From Macrostomum lignano (taxonomy: Eukaryota), in contig NIVC01000055.1 in assembly GCA_002269645.1 (NCBI GenBank), positions 124,001 to 188,000 of the forward strand: a DNA stretch of 64,000 nucleotides. Reading direction: 5' to 3'. Positions 28,298 to 40,992 of the stretch are shown piece by piece. The position numbers and the translations under genes are program-made. Every line of letters begins with the position of its first letter. Positions within the stretch are counted from its first letter, which is position 1. A model generated the notes under the pieces. The model worked only from the letters and a program-made list of their open reading frames with translations. It was not told the origin of the DNA and made no database searches.

Positions 28298-30625
28298 TGG
28301 AGGACCCTTGGACCAGGACAGCACGCACAGGCTGGTGCGGTAGGCCCTCAAGCCAAGTGGCGGGCTGGGCACATCCGCAAACCGCTCCCCAGGCGAGCAG
28401 TTCCTGCTGAACTCGCCCTCGGAGAACAGGCCCAGCACTGGCACGCCGGGCAGCAGACGACTGAACACGCCGGTCTCGATGTCCGGCTGGTCCAAGTAGT
28501 GCTTGCTGCCCTTGGCGCAGCAGATGAACATGAAGGCCAGGCACTGGCCAGGCAGGAGAGGCTGCAGAGACGACAGCTTCAGCGAGCGGAGAGTCTAAAG
28601 AGAGAGAGAGAGAGGGGCATTTCAAAAACAAATTTTAAGGGAAAGAGATGAGATAAGACAGGGTGAGACTAGATGCTAGACAACAAGGAGAGGAGAGGAG
28701 ACAGGGTGAGACTAGATGATGGGAGATGTTGGACAACAAGGAGAGAGATGAGATAAGACAGGGTGAGACTAGATGCTAGACAACAGGGAGAGAGATGAGA
28801 TGAGACACGGTGAGACTGGAGATGCTACACAAGAGATAAGAAACGGGCGGCGGAGACAGAGCAATCTCACCCTCTCCAAGTCCTCTGCATCGGTCACCAT
28901 GGCGGACAGAACTCGCAGCCGATCTCCATAGAACACCAGCCTGCTGTGATCGATCCCAGCATCCGATCCGGCTTCATCGGTGGCTCCGGCTGCCTCGGTG
29001 TGAAAGTAGCTGCAAAGGCCGCCGCAGACGATCATGTCAGGATGCTCAGCAAGCAGGCGACGCTCTGGCTGGCCTGCTCCGAACCGGCGGTTGCCGTTTC
29101 TGTTTGGCAAGGCCAGCAGCAGCTTCGGCGAAGCTCCCGGCGGCAGCGGCTCGCCGGCCGATGCCACGCCAAATCGGCGCGGATCATCGCCTGGACAGGT
29201 GTACAGTCGGACGTGGGCCAGGCCCTGTGCAAGATTGGCGATTGGGTAAACGGCGGGAGTAACTATGACTGCCCTTTTAAAAATGATCGCCTCGTCATCT
29301 ATTTAGTTGATTTTATTCGGGTAAACGGCGGGAGCAACTATGCATGTATTTTAAATGAGTAAACGCTTCGTCATAGAATCAGTAATTCATAGGTAAACAA
29401 CACGAGTCAAGATTTTAACCAATTAGCGTTTCGTCGTCAAACTAAGCCTTCATCAACTTTCATCAACCTCGTAATTGCTCAGAACTCCTTCTCTCTGCTC
29501 ACATGCATCTGGCGAACGTCACTGCTCTTGCCGGTCTCCATCTCCACGGGGACACCGGCCGTGCCCTCCGGGGTGCCGATGGCGCCGGCGAAGCTGCCGG
29601 CCAGGTGGAGTCGCGCGCCTGGTGGCAGTTCGGCTGCAGCGAAGGCCTTCAGCGCCTGAAGGTGGCTGCTTCCTCTGCCGGCGGATGCGGTTGAGCTGCT
29701 GGATGATGCCGAGGATGAGGCCGATACGGCCTGCGAGATTTATGGCATGCCGTTGCGGCTTGAGGCAGCGAACTCACTGTCTCCCTGGAACCTCACTGTC
29801 TCCCCTGGAACCTCACTGTCTCCCCTGGAACCTCACTGCATCCCCTGGAACCTCACTGCATCCCCTGGAACCTCACTGCATCCCCTGGAACCTCACTGCA
29901 TCCCCTGGAACCTCACTGCATCCCCTGGAACCTCACTGTCTCCCCTGGAACCTCACTGCATCCCCTGGAACTTCACTGCATCCCCTGGAACCTCACTGCA
30001 TCCCCTGGAACCTCACTGCATCCCCTGAAACCTCACTGCATCCCCTGAAACCTCACTGTCTCCCCTGAAACCTCACTGCATCCCCTGAAACCTCACTGCA
30101 TCCCCTGGAACCTCACTGTCTCCCCTGAAACCTCACTGTCTCCGCTGAAACCTCACTGCATCCCCTGAAACCTCACTGCATCCCCAGATTCCCACCAACC
30201 GTCTGCTGCCGCCTCCTGCTCCGTTTGGCAGGCGGCGAACCCAGCTCGGCCTCGGCCATCCCTCCAGCCGTGGCGGCGAGCTTGGCTCTGAGAAATTCGA
30301 CATCGCAAAAGGCCAACAGCCGATACGGCAGGTGCCAGTCGGCACGCAGCTCGGTGAGCAGCAGGCCGAACCGCTTGGCCAGCTCAGCATAGGACAGCCG
30401 ACAGTGGATCCCGTTGGCCGGGGCTCCGGATGGCCACTCGTACGCCAGCAGGCCGTGCTTAGCGATCGGACAGCAACGCCGCCGCTCTAGCTCCCGCTGA
30501 GCAACCCGCTGCCACAGCTGGCTGACCTGGCACAGGCGGGCCAGATCGTTCCGGCTTGAATAGGCTACCACTCTGGTTGCTACGGAGAATTGCTCCAGCG
30601 GATTGGAGCTCGCGCACTGCGCCAT
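28271..30625 (-). CDS. FBXO22: F-box + FIST-domain protein (FBXO22-like), about 443 aa; exons complement(30200..30625, 29503..29730, 28871..29224, 28271..28594)
   Basis: N-terminal F-box-like segment (LEQFSVATRVVAYSSRNDLARLCQVSQLWQRVAQREL). C-terminal FIST_C-like motif FMFICCAKG..Y......ETGVFSRLLPGVPVLGLFSEGEF...YRTSLCVL resembles FBXO22 (FMFACVGRG...[23 protein letters not shown]...YTTIMAL). Three GT-AG introns, all phase 0, give an open joined frame. Confidence 0.8.
29772..30185 (+). repeat. Third array of the 20-bp CCCTGGAACCTCACTG(T/C) family, in FBXO22-like intron 1
   Basis: Direct reading. Confidence 0.93.
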
Positions 30626-30719
30626 CCGGGTTCACGAGACTGCAACGAGGATAAACTTCGTATATATATATATATACGGCCCCATGCCCTCTGTAGCGAC
30701 TATGCACAATTTATTGCCC

Positions 30720-32640
30720 TCCTACCCTCAACCGTAGATAAGCGGTCCCCTAACCCCAACCGTAGATAAGCGGCCCCCTAACCCCAACCGTAGATAAGCG
30801 GCCCCTACCCCCAACCGTAGATAAGTGGCCCCCACCCCCAACCGTAGATAAGTGCCCCCTAACCCCAACCGTAGATAAGCGGCTCCCTAACCCCAACCGT
30901 AGATAAGTGGCCCCTACCCCCAACCGTAGATAAGCGGCTCCTACCCCCAACCGTAGATAAGCGGCCCCCTAACCCCAACCGTAGATAAGCGGCCCCTACC
31001 CCCAACCGTAGATAAGTGGCCCCCACCCCCAACCGTAGATAAGTGCCCCCTAACCCCAACCGTAGATAAGCGGCTCCCTAACCCCAACCGTAGATAATTG
31101 GCCCCTACCCCCAACCGTAGATAAGTGCCCCCTAACCCCAACCGTAGATAAGCGGCTCCCTAACCCCAGCCGTAGATAAGTGGCCCCTACCCCCAACCGT
31201 AGATAAGCGGCCCCTACCCCCAACCGTAGATAAGCGGCCCCCTAACCCCAACCGTAGATAAGCGGCCCCCTAACCCCAGCCGTAGATAAGCGGCTCCCTA
31301 ACCCCAAACCGTAGATAAGCGGCCCCTACCCCCAACCATAGATAAGCGGCCCCTACCCTCAACCGTAGATAAGCGGCCCCCTAACCCCAACCGTAGATAA
31401 GTGGCTCTCTAACCCCAACCGTAGATAAGTGGCCCCCTACCCCCAACCGTAGATAAGCGCCCCCCTACCCCCAACCATAGATAAGCGGCCCCCTAACCCC
31501 AACCGTAGATAAGCGGCTCCCTAACCCCAACCGTAGATAAGTGGCCCCTAACCCCAACCGTAGATAAGCGGCCCCTACCCCTAACCGTAGATAAGTGGCC
31601 CCTAACCCCAACCGTAGATAAGCGGCTCCCTAACCCCAACCGTAGATAAGTGGCCCCTACCCCCAACCGTAGATAAGCGGCTCCTACCCCCAACCGTAGA
31701 TAAGCGGCTCCCTAACCCCAACCGTAGATAAGTGGCCCCTACCTCCAACCGTAGATAAGCGGCCCCTACCCCCAACCGTAGATAAGTGGCCCCCTAACCC
31801 CAACCGTAGATAAGCGGCTCCCTAACCCCAACCGTAGATAAGCGGCCCCCTACCCCCAACCGTAGATAAGCGCCCCCCCTACCCCCAACCATAGATAAGC
31901 GGCCCCCTAACCCCAACCGTAGATAAGTGGCTCCCTAACCCCAACCGTAGATAAGCGGCTCCCTAACCCCAACCGTAGATAAGCGGCCCCCTACCCCCAA
32001 CCATAGATAAGCGGCCCCCTAACCCCAACCGTAGATAAGTGGCTCCCTAACCCCAACCGTAGATAAGCGGCCCCCTAAACCAAAAGTAGATAAGCGCCCC
32101 CTACCCCCAACCATAGATAAGCGGCCCCTACCCTCAACCGTAGATAAGCGGCCCCCTAACCCCAACCGTAGATAAGTGGCTCCCTAACCCCAACCGTAGA
32201 TAAGTGGCCCCCTAACCCCAACCGTAGATAAGCGGCCCCCTACTCCCAACCGTAGATAAGCGCCCCCTACCCCCAACCATAGATAAGCGGCCCCTACCCT
32301 CAACCGTAGATAAGCGGCCCCCTAACCCCAACCGTAGATAAGTGGCTCCCTAACCCCAACCGTAGATAAGTGGCCCCCTAACCCCAACCGTAGATAAGCG
32401 GCCCCCTACTCCCAACCGTAGATAAGCGGCCCCCTAACCCCAACCGTAGATAAGCGGCCCCCTAACCCCAACCGTAGATAAGCGGCCCCCTACTCCCAAC
32501 CGTAGATAAGCGGCCCCTACCCTCAACCGTAGATAAGTGGCCCCCTAACCCCAACCGTAGATAAGCGGCCCCCTACTCCCAACCGTAGATAAGCGGCCCC
32601 CTACCCCCAACCGTAGATAAGCGGCCCCCTAACCCCAACC
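30720..32640. repeat. 27-29-bp minisatellite (CCCCAACCGTAGATAAGCGGCCCCCTAA)
   Basis: Direct reading. Confidence 0.95.
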
Positions 32641-33166
32641 GAATTCGAGTGAAAAAAGTGAAAATTTTCGGAACATAATTTTAATCAATTTATTTAACTT
32701 TATTAATCACAGATACTAGAATAACTAGATGGGCCACTCAGCACATTTGCGTGTAAGCTACTTTCAGTTCAGTAGTAAGTTAAACTGAAGCTTTTTATCG
32801 TATTGTTATTCCACACTACCCCCGCCCAAATTTTTATCGCTGTCTCAGAATTCCAGGTTCCAGCCTAAAGCTGCCATGTACATTTCAGTGGACTGGCTAA
32901 TGTACATTATTGCTGAACCAATTAGCAAGCTGTTTACGCCTGAAAGCTTGGGCTTCTAAACTTATCAAAGTCATTTCAGCTGCCTTTATTTCTATAAAAT
33001 AGCTTATGTATTCTTCTTTGCTACTGAACTGAAAGAAAGCTGTTTTACTAAGTATATGTCTGAGTGGCCCCATATCTAGTTATTCTAGTATCTGTGACAT
33101 TAATTAATGGAATCTAGACAGTCCGTATGTATATGTGCATATGTACAACTACAAGCAGCGGTTCGC

Positions 33167-34999
33167 TCATCGCGGACACATGGCATGCCGACCGCCGTCC
33201 ACGGGCAGCGTGACCCCGGTGATGAAGCCGCTGCGGTCCGGGTCTGCGAGAAACAGCGCAGCCTCTGCCACTTCGTTTGGCTGTCCCGGCCTGCCCAGCG
33301 CGTGGGTCTCGGCGCATCTTTTAATAAAGCTGGCATACTGCTCATCGCTGAGACCGCCGGTCTTCTGCAGCTCCGTGACAATCACGCCGGGATTCACCGA
33401 GTTGCAGCGAATGCCGACTGGGGCCAGCTCCAGGGCCGCGCACCGGGTGAACTGGTCCAGGGCAGCCTTGGACACGTTGTAGGCTAGCAATCCAGGGAAA
33501 GAGCGCAGGCCGTTCACGCTGCTCACGTTCACGATGCTGCCCTTGGGGCTGACCGATTTCAGCAGGGGCAGGCAGAGCTGGGTGAGCCGGTACACCGAGC
33601 GAAGGTTGATGTTGAGAACCCGGTCTAGCTGCTCTGTGCTGCCTGTTTCGGGATGGCATTGAGACTAAGCTAGTCCGAGAAGGTTGCCATGGAGACTAAG
33701 CTAGTCCGAGAAGGTTGCCATGGCGCCTAAGCTAGTCCGAGAAGGTTGCCATGGAGACTAAGCTAGTCAGGGAAGGTTGCCATGGCACCTAAGCTAGTCC
33801 GAGAAGGTTGCCATGGAGACTAAGCTAGTCAGGGAAGGTTGCCATGGAGACTAAGCTAGTCAGGGAAGGTTGCCATGGAGACTAAGCTAGTCAGGAAAAG
33901 GTTGCCATGGAGACTAAGCTAGTCAGGAAAAGGTTGCCATGGAGACTTAGCTAGTCAGGGAAGGTTGCCATGGAGACTAAGCTAGTCAGGGAAGGTTGCC
34001 ATGGAGACTAAGCTAGTCAGGGAAGGTTGCCATGGCACCTAAGCTAGTCCGAGAAGGTTGCCATGGAGACTAAGCTAGTCAGGGAAGGTTGCCATGGAGA
34101 CTAAGCTAGTCAGGGAAGGTTGCCATGGAGACTAAGCTAGTCAGGGAAGGTTGCCATGGAGACTAAGCTAGTCAGGGAAGGTTGCCATGGAGACTAAGCT
34201 AGTCAGGGAAGGTTGCCATGGAGACTAAGCTAGTCAGGGAAGGTTGCCATGGAGACTTAGCTAGTCAGGGAAGGTTGCCATGGAGACTAAGCTAGTCAGG
34301 GAAGGTTGCCATGGAGACTAAGCTAGTCAGGGAAGGTTGCCATGGCGCCTAAGCTAGTCCGAGAAGGTTGCCATGGAGACTAAGCTAGTCAGGGAAGGTT
34401 GCCATGGAGACTAAGCTAGTCAGGAAAAGGTTGCCATGGAGACTTAATCTATCAGAGATGATTGTCATCGGGAGTATCAATTGCCTAGCAAGCAATTTGG
34501 TTGCCAATTGCCATGGCGACATGCCCATACAGAGATAAATTCAGCTAAATAAATTTAATAGATCATTGGTAGCTAAGATGCCATCCACTAAGTTGGCCGT
34601 TACCATGGAAACTAATTTGAGGATTATTGTAGTAGCCAACCCCGCCCCCTACAGGTCAAGCTCACTGTTCTCAATGCTTCCATACTCCAAGATGCCAGCA
34701 TTGTTAATCAGGGAATCCAGTCTGCCGCCAAACTGTTTCCCAGTAGCCTCGGCCAGCGCTGTCAAACACTCGGGCTTGGCCAAATCGCCAACCGTTTCCA
34801 TGACAACGATATCTTCGCTGCCAGTCTGTTTGAGTCTGCCGGCCTCTCGCCTACACAGATCGGCAGTGGCCGCCAAACGCTGGACATTGCGGCCGGACAG
34901 GCTGAGGCTGTAGCCGTGACGGGCGAACAGTAGCGCTACGGCCGCACCGATCCCGGATGAGGCACCGGTGATGAGGGCTACTCGGCTGGCGGGAGACAT
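33167..34999 (-). CDS. Classical short-chain dehydrogenase/reductase (FabG-like), about 269 aa; exons complement(34666..34999, 33167..33642)
   Basis: TGASSGIG Rossmann motif, NNAG, NVSS, catalytic YNVSK (YxxxK), NSVNPG and C-terminal FITGVTLPVDGG. One phase-1 GT-AG intron (33643..34665). Confidence 0.93.
33660..34445. repeat. 31-bp minisatellite in the SDR intron
   Basis: (GGAAGGTTGCCATGGAGACTAAGCTAGTCAG)n. Confidence 0.95.
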
Positions 35000-35094
35000 C
35001 GGATGGAGCGGCCGGCAGCTGCGGGCGTCACGGGCGGATGACACAGATCATAACTAGGGTTAGAATGGGAACTGAAGCTGGACAGGGTCTCCCT

Positions 35095-35530
35095 GTGCTT
35101 CCTGAGATTGGAGATGAGACCCCTGTGCTACCTGGGATTGGAGATGAGACCCCTGTGCTACCTGGGATTGGAGATGAGACCCCTGTGCTTCCTGGGATTG
35201 GAGATGAGACCCGTGTTCCACCTGGGATAGGAGATGAGACCCATGTGCTACCTGGGATTGGAGATGAGGCACCTGTGCTACCTGGGATTGGAGATGAGAC
35301 CCCTGTGCTTCCTGGGATTGGAGATGAGACCCCTGTGCTACCTGGGATAGGAGATGAGACACCTGTGCTACCTGGGATTGGAGATGAGGCACCTGTGCTA
35401 CCTGGAATTGGAGATGAGGCACCTGTGCTACCTGGGATTGGAGATGAGACCCCTGTGCTACCTGGGATAGGAGATGAGACACCTGTGCTACCTGGGATTA
35501 GAGATGAGGCACCTGTGCTACCTGGTATTA
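35095..35530. repeat. 30-bp minisatellite upstream of SDR
   Basis: (CCTGTGCTACCTGGGATTGGAGATGAGACC)n. Confidence 0.93.
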
Positions 35531-36369
35531 AAAATGAGATCCTGGCATCCCTAAAGCCATGCTTTATAAACTAACTGCTATCAAACTACACAAACAAATG
35601 AATTAATACAAACAGATCACGATCAATTTCAGGTCCAAATTGGCTACTTAAAATAGTAGTCAGATAAGCTTTTTCTTATCTGATCTCCCCAAAGTTGCCA
35701 AACAGTTTATTAACGAAGTTAAAGTAGCAGGCATTACAGTAGGCATGAATTGTTTTTGCGAGACACATAAACACAGAATTACAGTAGTCTAGTTTATAGC
35801 AACAACATTTAACTACGTACTGATTTATGATTATTAATAAGCACTACTAAACATCCAAATAGAGACAGAATATTCAAACAAATCTTTGCAACAAGAAAGC
35901 AGGAGTTTTATTCAGAATTTCAAAGAGTTAGCAATTGAAGTGTTCGAAAACTTCGACTATCTAGGAAGTTTAATTTATGACCGAATGCAGATGAATCAAG
36001 TGGACATGTCGGTTTTTAAAGCACATAAAAATTGTGCATTATATTTAACCAATGAATGAACAACAAATGAAGGAATAGCAAAAAGCTTACTGTAGATTTA
36101 ATTTAAAGAGTTTTTGCATGCCATCGACTACTTACAATAGTAAGGTACGCATGAGGACTATTACATGAAATATGCTGTTCAGCCGACAAACCTGATCGAT
36201 TGCAAAAAAGTAAGAATTTAAACTGCTGCAAGCAATTTCAATATATAATATTTAATGAGTATTAAGGAAACCATTGAATCAGTTCAAACAAGACAGGACT
36301 GCAAGCCGATTGGCCAGTTTGGCGTTAACTACAATAAAACTACCCATAACGCGCGCTTATGGATGCTGG

Positions 36370-36575
36370 TATCCAAGGGCAATAAACGGCCGTATCTAAG
36401 GGCAATAAACGGCCATATCTAAGGGAAATAAACGGCCGTATCCAAGGGAAATAAACGGCCGTATCTAAGGGCAATAAACGGCCGTATCTAAGGGAAATAA
36501 ACGGCCGTATCTAAGGGAAATAAACGGCCGTATCCAAGGGAAATAAACGGCCGTATCCAAGGGAAATAAACGGCA
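36370..36575. repeat. 23-bp minisatellite downstream of CCDC47
   Basis: (AAGGGAAATAAACGGCCGTATCC)n. Confidence 0.9.
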
Positions 36576-36670
36576 ATAATGGTGAATCTTTAAGGTGCTA
36601 TTAACCGTTGAGTCTGCCGCCAAATTTTCCAATAATATTCAACTAGCCAAGAAAGGTGAGTTACAAGCGG

Positions 36671-38193
36671 TCACATTCCCTTAACCTTCAGCATCTTCAT
36701 CTTTGGCGCTTTCCGTTTTGCCTCTCGTTTAGCCTCGCGATCCTCCAGCTTCCTGGCCCGGTCCGGGTCCTCCTCGAGCAGCAGGCGCTCCTTCTCTGCT
36801 TTGCGCTTCTCCTCGCGCCTCAGCTGGGCCGCCTCCTGGCGCTGGCTGTGCGCCAGTTTCTGCGCCGCCTCGGCCGCTTTCTCGCGCCGCTTCTCGGCTC
36901 GGGAGCGGGCCTCTTTGCTTAGCCGGACTCTGCGGCACTTGTCCACCAGGTAGATGAGCATCTTTGTGAGCGGCAGCAGTGACTCCATCTCCTCCGTGGA
37001 GGTGCTGGTCGCGGCGCCCACGCGCCGACCGATGCGAAGCTGTGGCGGGGGAAAGGGGGGACGATCGGCTGTCCACTGCTATCCTCTGATACTTCGGGGC
37101 TGTCCACTGCTATCCTCTGATACTTCAGGACTGTCCACTGCTAGCCTCTGATACTTCAGGACTGTCCACTGCTATCCTCTGATACTTCAGGACTGTCCAC
37201 TGCTATCCTCTGATACTTCAGGACTGTCCACTGCTATCCTCTGATACTTCAGGACTGTCCACTGCTAGCCTCTGATACTTCAGGACTGTCCACTGCTATC
37301 CTCTGATACTTCAGGACTGTCCACTGCTAGCCTCTGATACTTCAGGACTGTCCACTGCTATCCTCTGATACTTCAGGACTGTCCACTGCTATCCTCTGAT
37401 ACTTCAGGACTGTCCACTGCTAGCCTCTGATACTCCAGGAGTGTCCACTGCTATCCTCTGATACTTCAGGACTGGCCACTGCTATCCACTGATACTTCAG
37501 GGCTGGCCACTCCTATCCTCTGATAATTCAGGGCTGGCCACTCCTATCCTCTGATACTTCAGGACTGTACACTGCTAGCCTCTGATACTTCAGGACTGGC
37601 CACTGCTATCCTTCAACACTTCAGCGAGCCCATCAACTAAGGTAGCAGCCACTCACAGACAGCACAATGGCCCGCTGTGAGTCGGGTGGTTTCGCCGCAC
37701 CGCCGCTAGCGCCGCCGGCTCCGCCAGCCGCGTCGTCCTGCTGCGCCCTCGGGCCGCTGTACATGTCGGAGACAATCAGATGGTCCAGGCACGACTCGAA
37801 CTGCTTCAGCACGTTGGCTACTCGCCTGTCGATGACATGCTCTGCTACTTCCGCATCCTCTGCCAGAATCGTCAGGCTGTCGGGCAGGGTGAAGGGTTTT
37901 CCATCCAATTGGCAGCGCCTGTCGCTGCAGAACTGGCTCAGGTCCGAGTGGTCGCGGATCAGCTGCAAGGGGAGAACGGTGTAGTGAAGAGCGGGCAGCT
38001 TGTGAGCACTGCTCAGAAAAGTGGCATTGTCAATTTGTTTAATAATAGTAACTTGTGTTGTCTGCTTAGAATCTGTCTGTCTGTTCTGCCTGCTTGCCTG
38101 TCTGCCTGCCTGTCTGTGTGTCTGTCTGTCTGTCTGCCTGCCTGCCTGTCTGTCTGTCTGTCTGTCTGTCTGTCTGCCTGCCTGTCTGTCTGT

Positions 38194-38238
<45 letters not shown>

Positions 38239-38300
38239 GTGTCTGTCTGTCTGTCTGTCTCTGCCTGTCTGTCTGTGTGTCTGTCTGTCTGTCTGTCTGT

Positions 38301-38337
<37 letters not shown>

Positions 38338-38369
38338 TGACTGTCTGCCTGCCTGTCTGACTGTCTGCC

Positions 38370-38402
<33 letters not shown>

Positions 38403-38405
38403 GAC

Positions 38406-38444
<39 letters not shown>

Positions 38445-38473
38445 GTGTCTGTCTGTCTGTCTGCCTGCCTGCC

Positions 38474-38521
<48 letters not shown>

Positions 38522-40468
38522 AATCCATCCTACGATTCGCAATTCTCTTCAAACCCGGCCCACCCCAGGCCAGGCGCTCCGCACTCACCTGGCCGGAGCG
38601 GCGGCGCTGTACAATAGCCAGCACGAAGTTGTCCCAGTCGGACGAGTCGTCGAGCACCAGCTTGATCAGCAGCTGGTCATTGGACGGCCGGAACAGCTTA
38701 GCCACTAGCGACACCAGATCCTGGCGTTTGATGAAGCGCAGCTCGACTAGCATGCCGTCCACGTGCTGGCGGCCGGTGCACCACAGGCTGTAGGTGTTCT
38801 CAGAGTCTCGCATCAGGCCTTCGGGGGACGAGGCCACCTCTTTACTTTTGCCATCGTCGCCGACAATGTGAAATTCGGATTCCAGGTAGTCCTAGGAAGG
38901 TAAATGGAGGAGTGGAATGGACATGCTGCTACAGTAATGTGTAGCTCATGTGTTGCAGTAATGTGCAGCTCATGTTACAGTAATGTGTGCAGCTCATGTG
39001 TTGCAGTAATGTGCAGCTCATGTTACAGTAATGTGTGCAGCTCATGTTACATTAATGTGCAGCTCATGTGTTACAGTAATGTGTAGCCCATGTGTTACAG
39101 TAATGTGCAGCACATGTGTTACAGTAATGTGCAGCACATGTTACAGCAGTGCTTATTCATAACAAATTTGAGCTCCAGCAGCAACAAACCTTGTGAGCCA
39201 CAAACCAAGCATTGGCCAGTTTCGCATTCTTGGATTTGCCAACAATAAAATTGAGAAAATAGACGGCCAGAGCCGTGAGGGTGATGAGCTCCAGGTAGTA
39301 GGAATCCCAGTTGGTGGTCAGCGGCACAGGGATTTTGGCGATCTCCAGGTCCGGCTTGTCACTTGGCGCACCTGAGCCTCCGGCCGAGGGGGACGGCTTC
39401 TCGCCGAATCCTTCGAACTCGTCGCGATCTTCCAAATAGCTGGCTGAGTCCTCATCTTCGTCCGATGATTTCACGCTGGCCGCTTCGTCGTCCTCGGATG
39501 TGAGGGGCGTCGATGGCGGCTTTGCTGCCGCTTGCTGCTGGTCACTGGGTGCGGAACCGTCCCAGGCTGATGGCTGCTGCTCAGAGTTCGTTGGCGGGTC
39601 CTGCGACCGGTGATTTCAGGGTGATTAGGGGCAGGACAGGGTATTATCGGGGCTGGTCAAGGACTGTTGTCGGGACTGCTCAGGTGTATTATCGGGACTG
39701 CTCAGGTGTATCATCGGGACTGCTCAGGTGTATTATCGGGACTTCTCAAGAGTATTATCGGGACTGCTCAGGTGTATTATCGGGACTGCTCAGGTGTATT
39801 ATCGGGACTGCTCAGGTGTATTATCGGGACTGCTCAGGTGTATTATCGGGACTGCTCAGGAGTATTATCGGGACTGCTCAGGTGTATTATCGGGACTTCT
39901 CAAGAGTATTATCGGGACTTCTCAAGAGTATTATCGGGACTTCTCAAGAGTATTATCGGGACTGCTCAGGTGTATCATCGGGACTGCTCAGGAGTATAAT
40001 CGGGACTGCTCAGGAGTATTATCGGGACTGCTCAGGAGTATTATCGGGACTGCTCAGGAGTATAATCGGGGCTTCTCAGGAGTAGTATTATCGGGACTGC
40101 TCAGGAGTATTATTGGGACTGCTCAGGAGTATTATCGGGACTGCTCAGGTGTATTATCAGGACTCCTCAGGAGCGTTATCAAGATGGTTCAAGGAGGGTT
40201 ATCTGGACTAGTCAGGGAAGATTTAAGACTGTTTAAAGCCCAGACAGTGGACGGGAGGAGGTGGAATGAGAATTCAAAGCAATGTCACCTGGCCAATGGG
40301 CGGTGGCTCATCTGGGTCTTCAAACTCTGCAAACTCATTGTCCTCAACTTCGGCATTGTGTACATTGCCCGAAGCACTGGCAGCAGAAGTAATAGCAACT
40401 CTGCTAATAAGCAGGGCCACAGATACAAACAAGGTCAGAATGGCAAGTTGAAGCACAGTGGGCTTCAT
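36671..40468 (-). CDS. CCDC47: CCDC47 / calumin (PAT complex subunit), about 522 aa; exons complement(40289..40468, 39190..39600, 38589..38891, 37657..37962, 36671..37039)
   Basis: Signal peptide, acidic luminal region, WDSYYLE + TM segment + GKSKNAKLANAWF, YSLWCTGR, FIKRQDL, DLSQFCSD and C-terminal QRQEAAQLRREEKRKAEKE...KMKMLKVKGM. Four phase-0 GT-AG introns. Confidence 0.95.
37065..37610. repeat. 31-bp minisatellite in CCDC47 intron 4
   Basis: (CTGTCCACTGCTATCCTCTGATACTTCAGGA)n. Confidence 0.93.
38070..38520. repeat. (GTCT/GCCT)n in CCDC47 intron 3
   Basis: Direct reading. Confidence 0.93.
38925..39150. repeat. Minisatellite of about 24 bp in CCDC47 intron 2
   Basis: CAGTAATGTGCAGCTCATGTGTTA variants. 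Confidence 0.85.
39640..40200. repeat. 22-bp minisatellite in CCDC47 intron 1
   Basis: (TATTATCGGGACTGCTCAGGTG)n. Confidence 0.93.
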
Positions 40469-40992
40469 TTTTATATTTTATATTGTGTGCTTAGCAGAAA
40501 TCAGTATCAAATACACTGTTAGTCTCATAAAAATTTAATTTAAAATACTTGAAAGCAAAAAACACTTAAGCTAAAAAAAGATATAAGCTAGGGAGCAGAA
40601 CTCTTGATATTACCTAAAAATTGAGTATCATGTTAGGTACCCAAAACATCCCTATTCATCATACATGCGAAACACATGGCCAATCCAGCCAGGTGACAGA
40701 GCAGCCAAGGTAGGTATTTTGAATTATTCAGCACCAAAAAATGATAAGTTGGGTACAAATAGCTCGTAGGACATTATGTTGCTCTGTCACAAACAAAATA
40801 CTACCTAGCAACAAAAGTTCCCATGTTAGGCTGCTGGTGAATGCTTGCAAGATGGAGATGCTCAGTCAACCAGGGAGAGGGGGTAGGGGGGAGGGCAGTT
40901 GCCCTCCTTAGGCAGAGATCAGAAAAAAAAATCAAAGCGAATTTTTGCAAAAAACAGAGCCATTTCTCTGCCCCCCTCCTGAGTCCATAATG

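Noticed and set aside
35038-35574. ATG-initiated 178-aa ORF (PVLPGIGDET)n head-to-head with SDR
   Set aside because: A stop-free 30-bp unit explains the ORF, the opposite strand is also open, and there is no homology. De novo gene status cannot be supported without expression data.
18850-39150. Regular 23-31-bp repeats superficially like CRISPR arrays
   Set aside because: The units are directly tandem with no unique spacers, there are no cas genes, and the context is eukaryotic introns.
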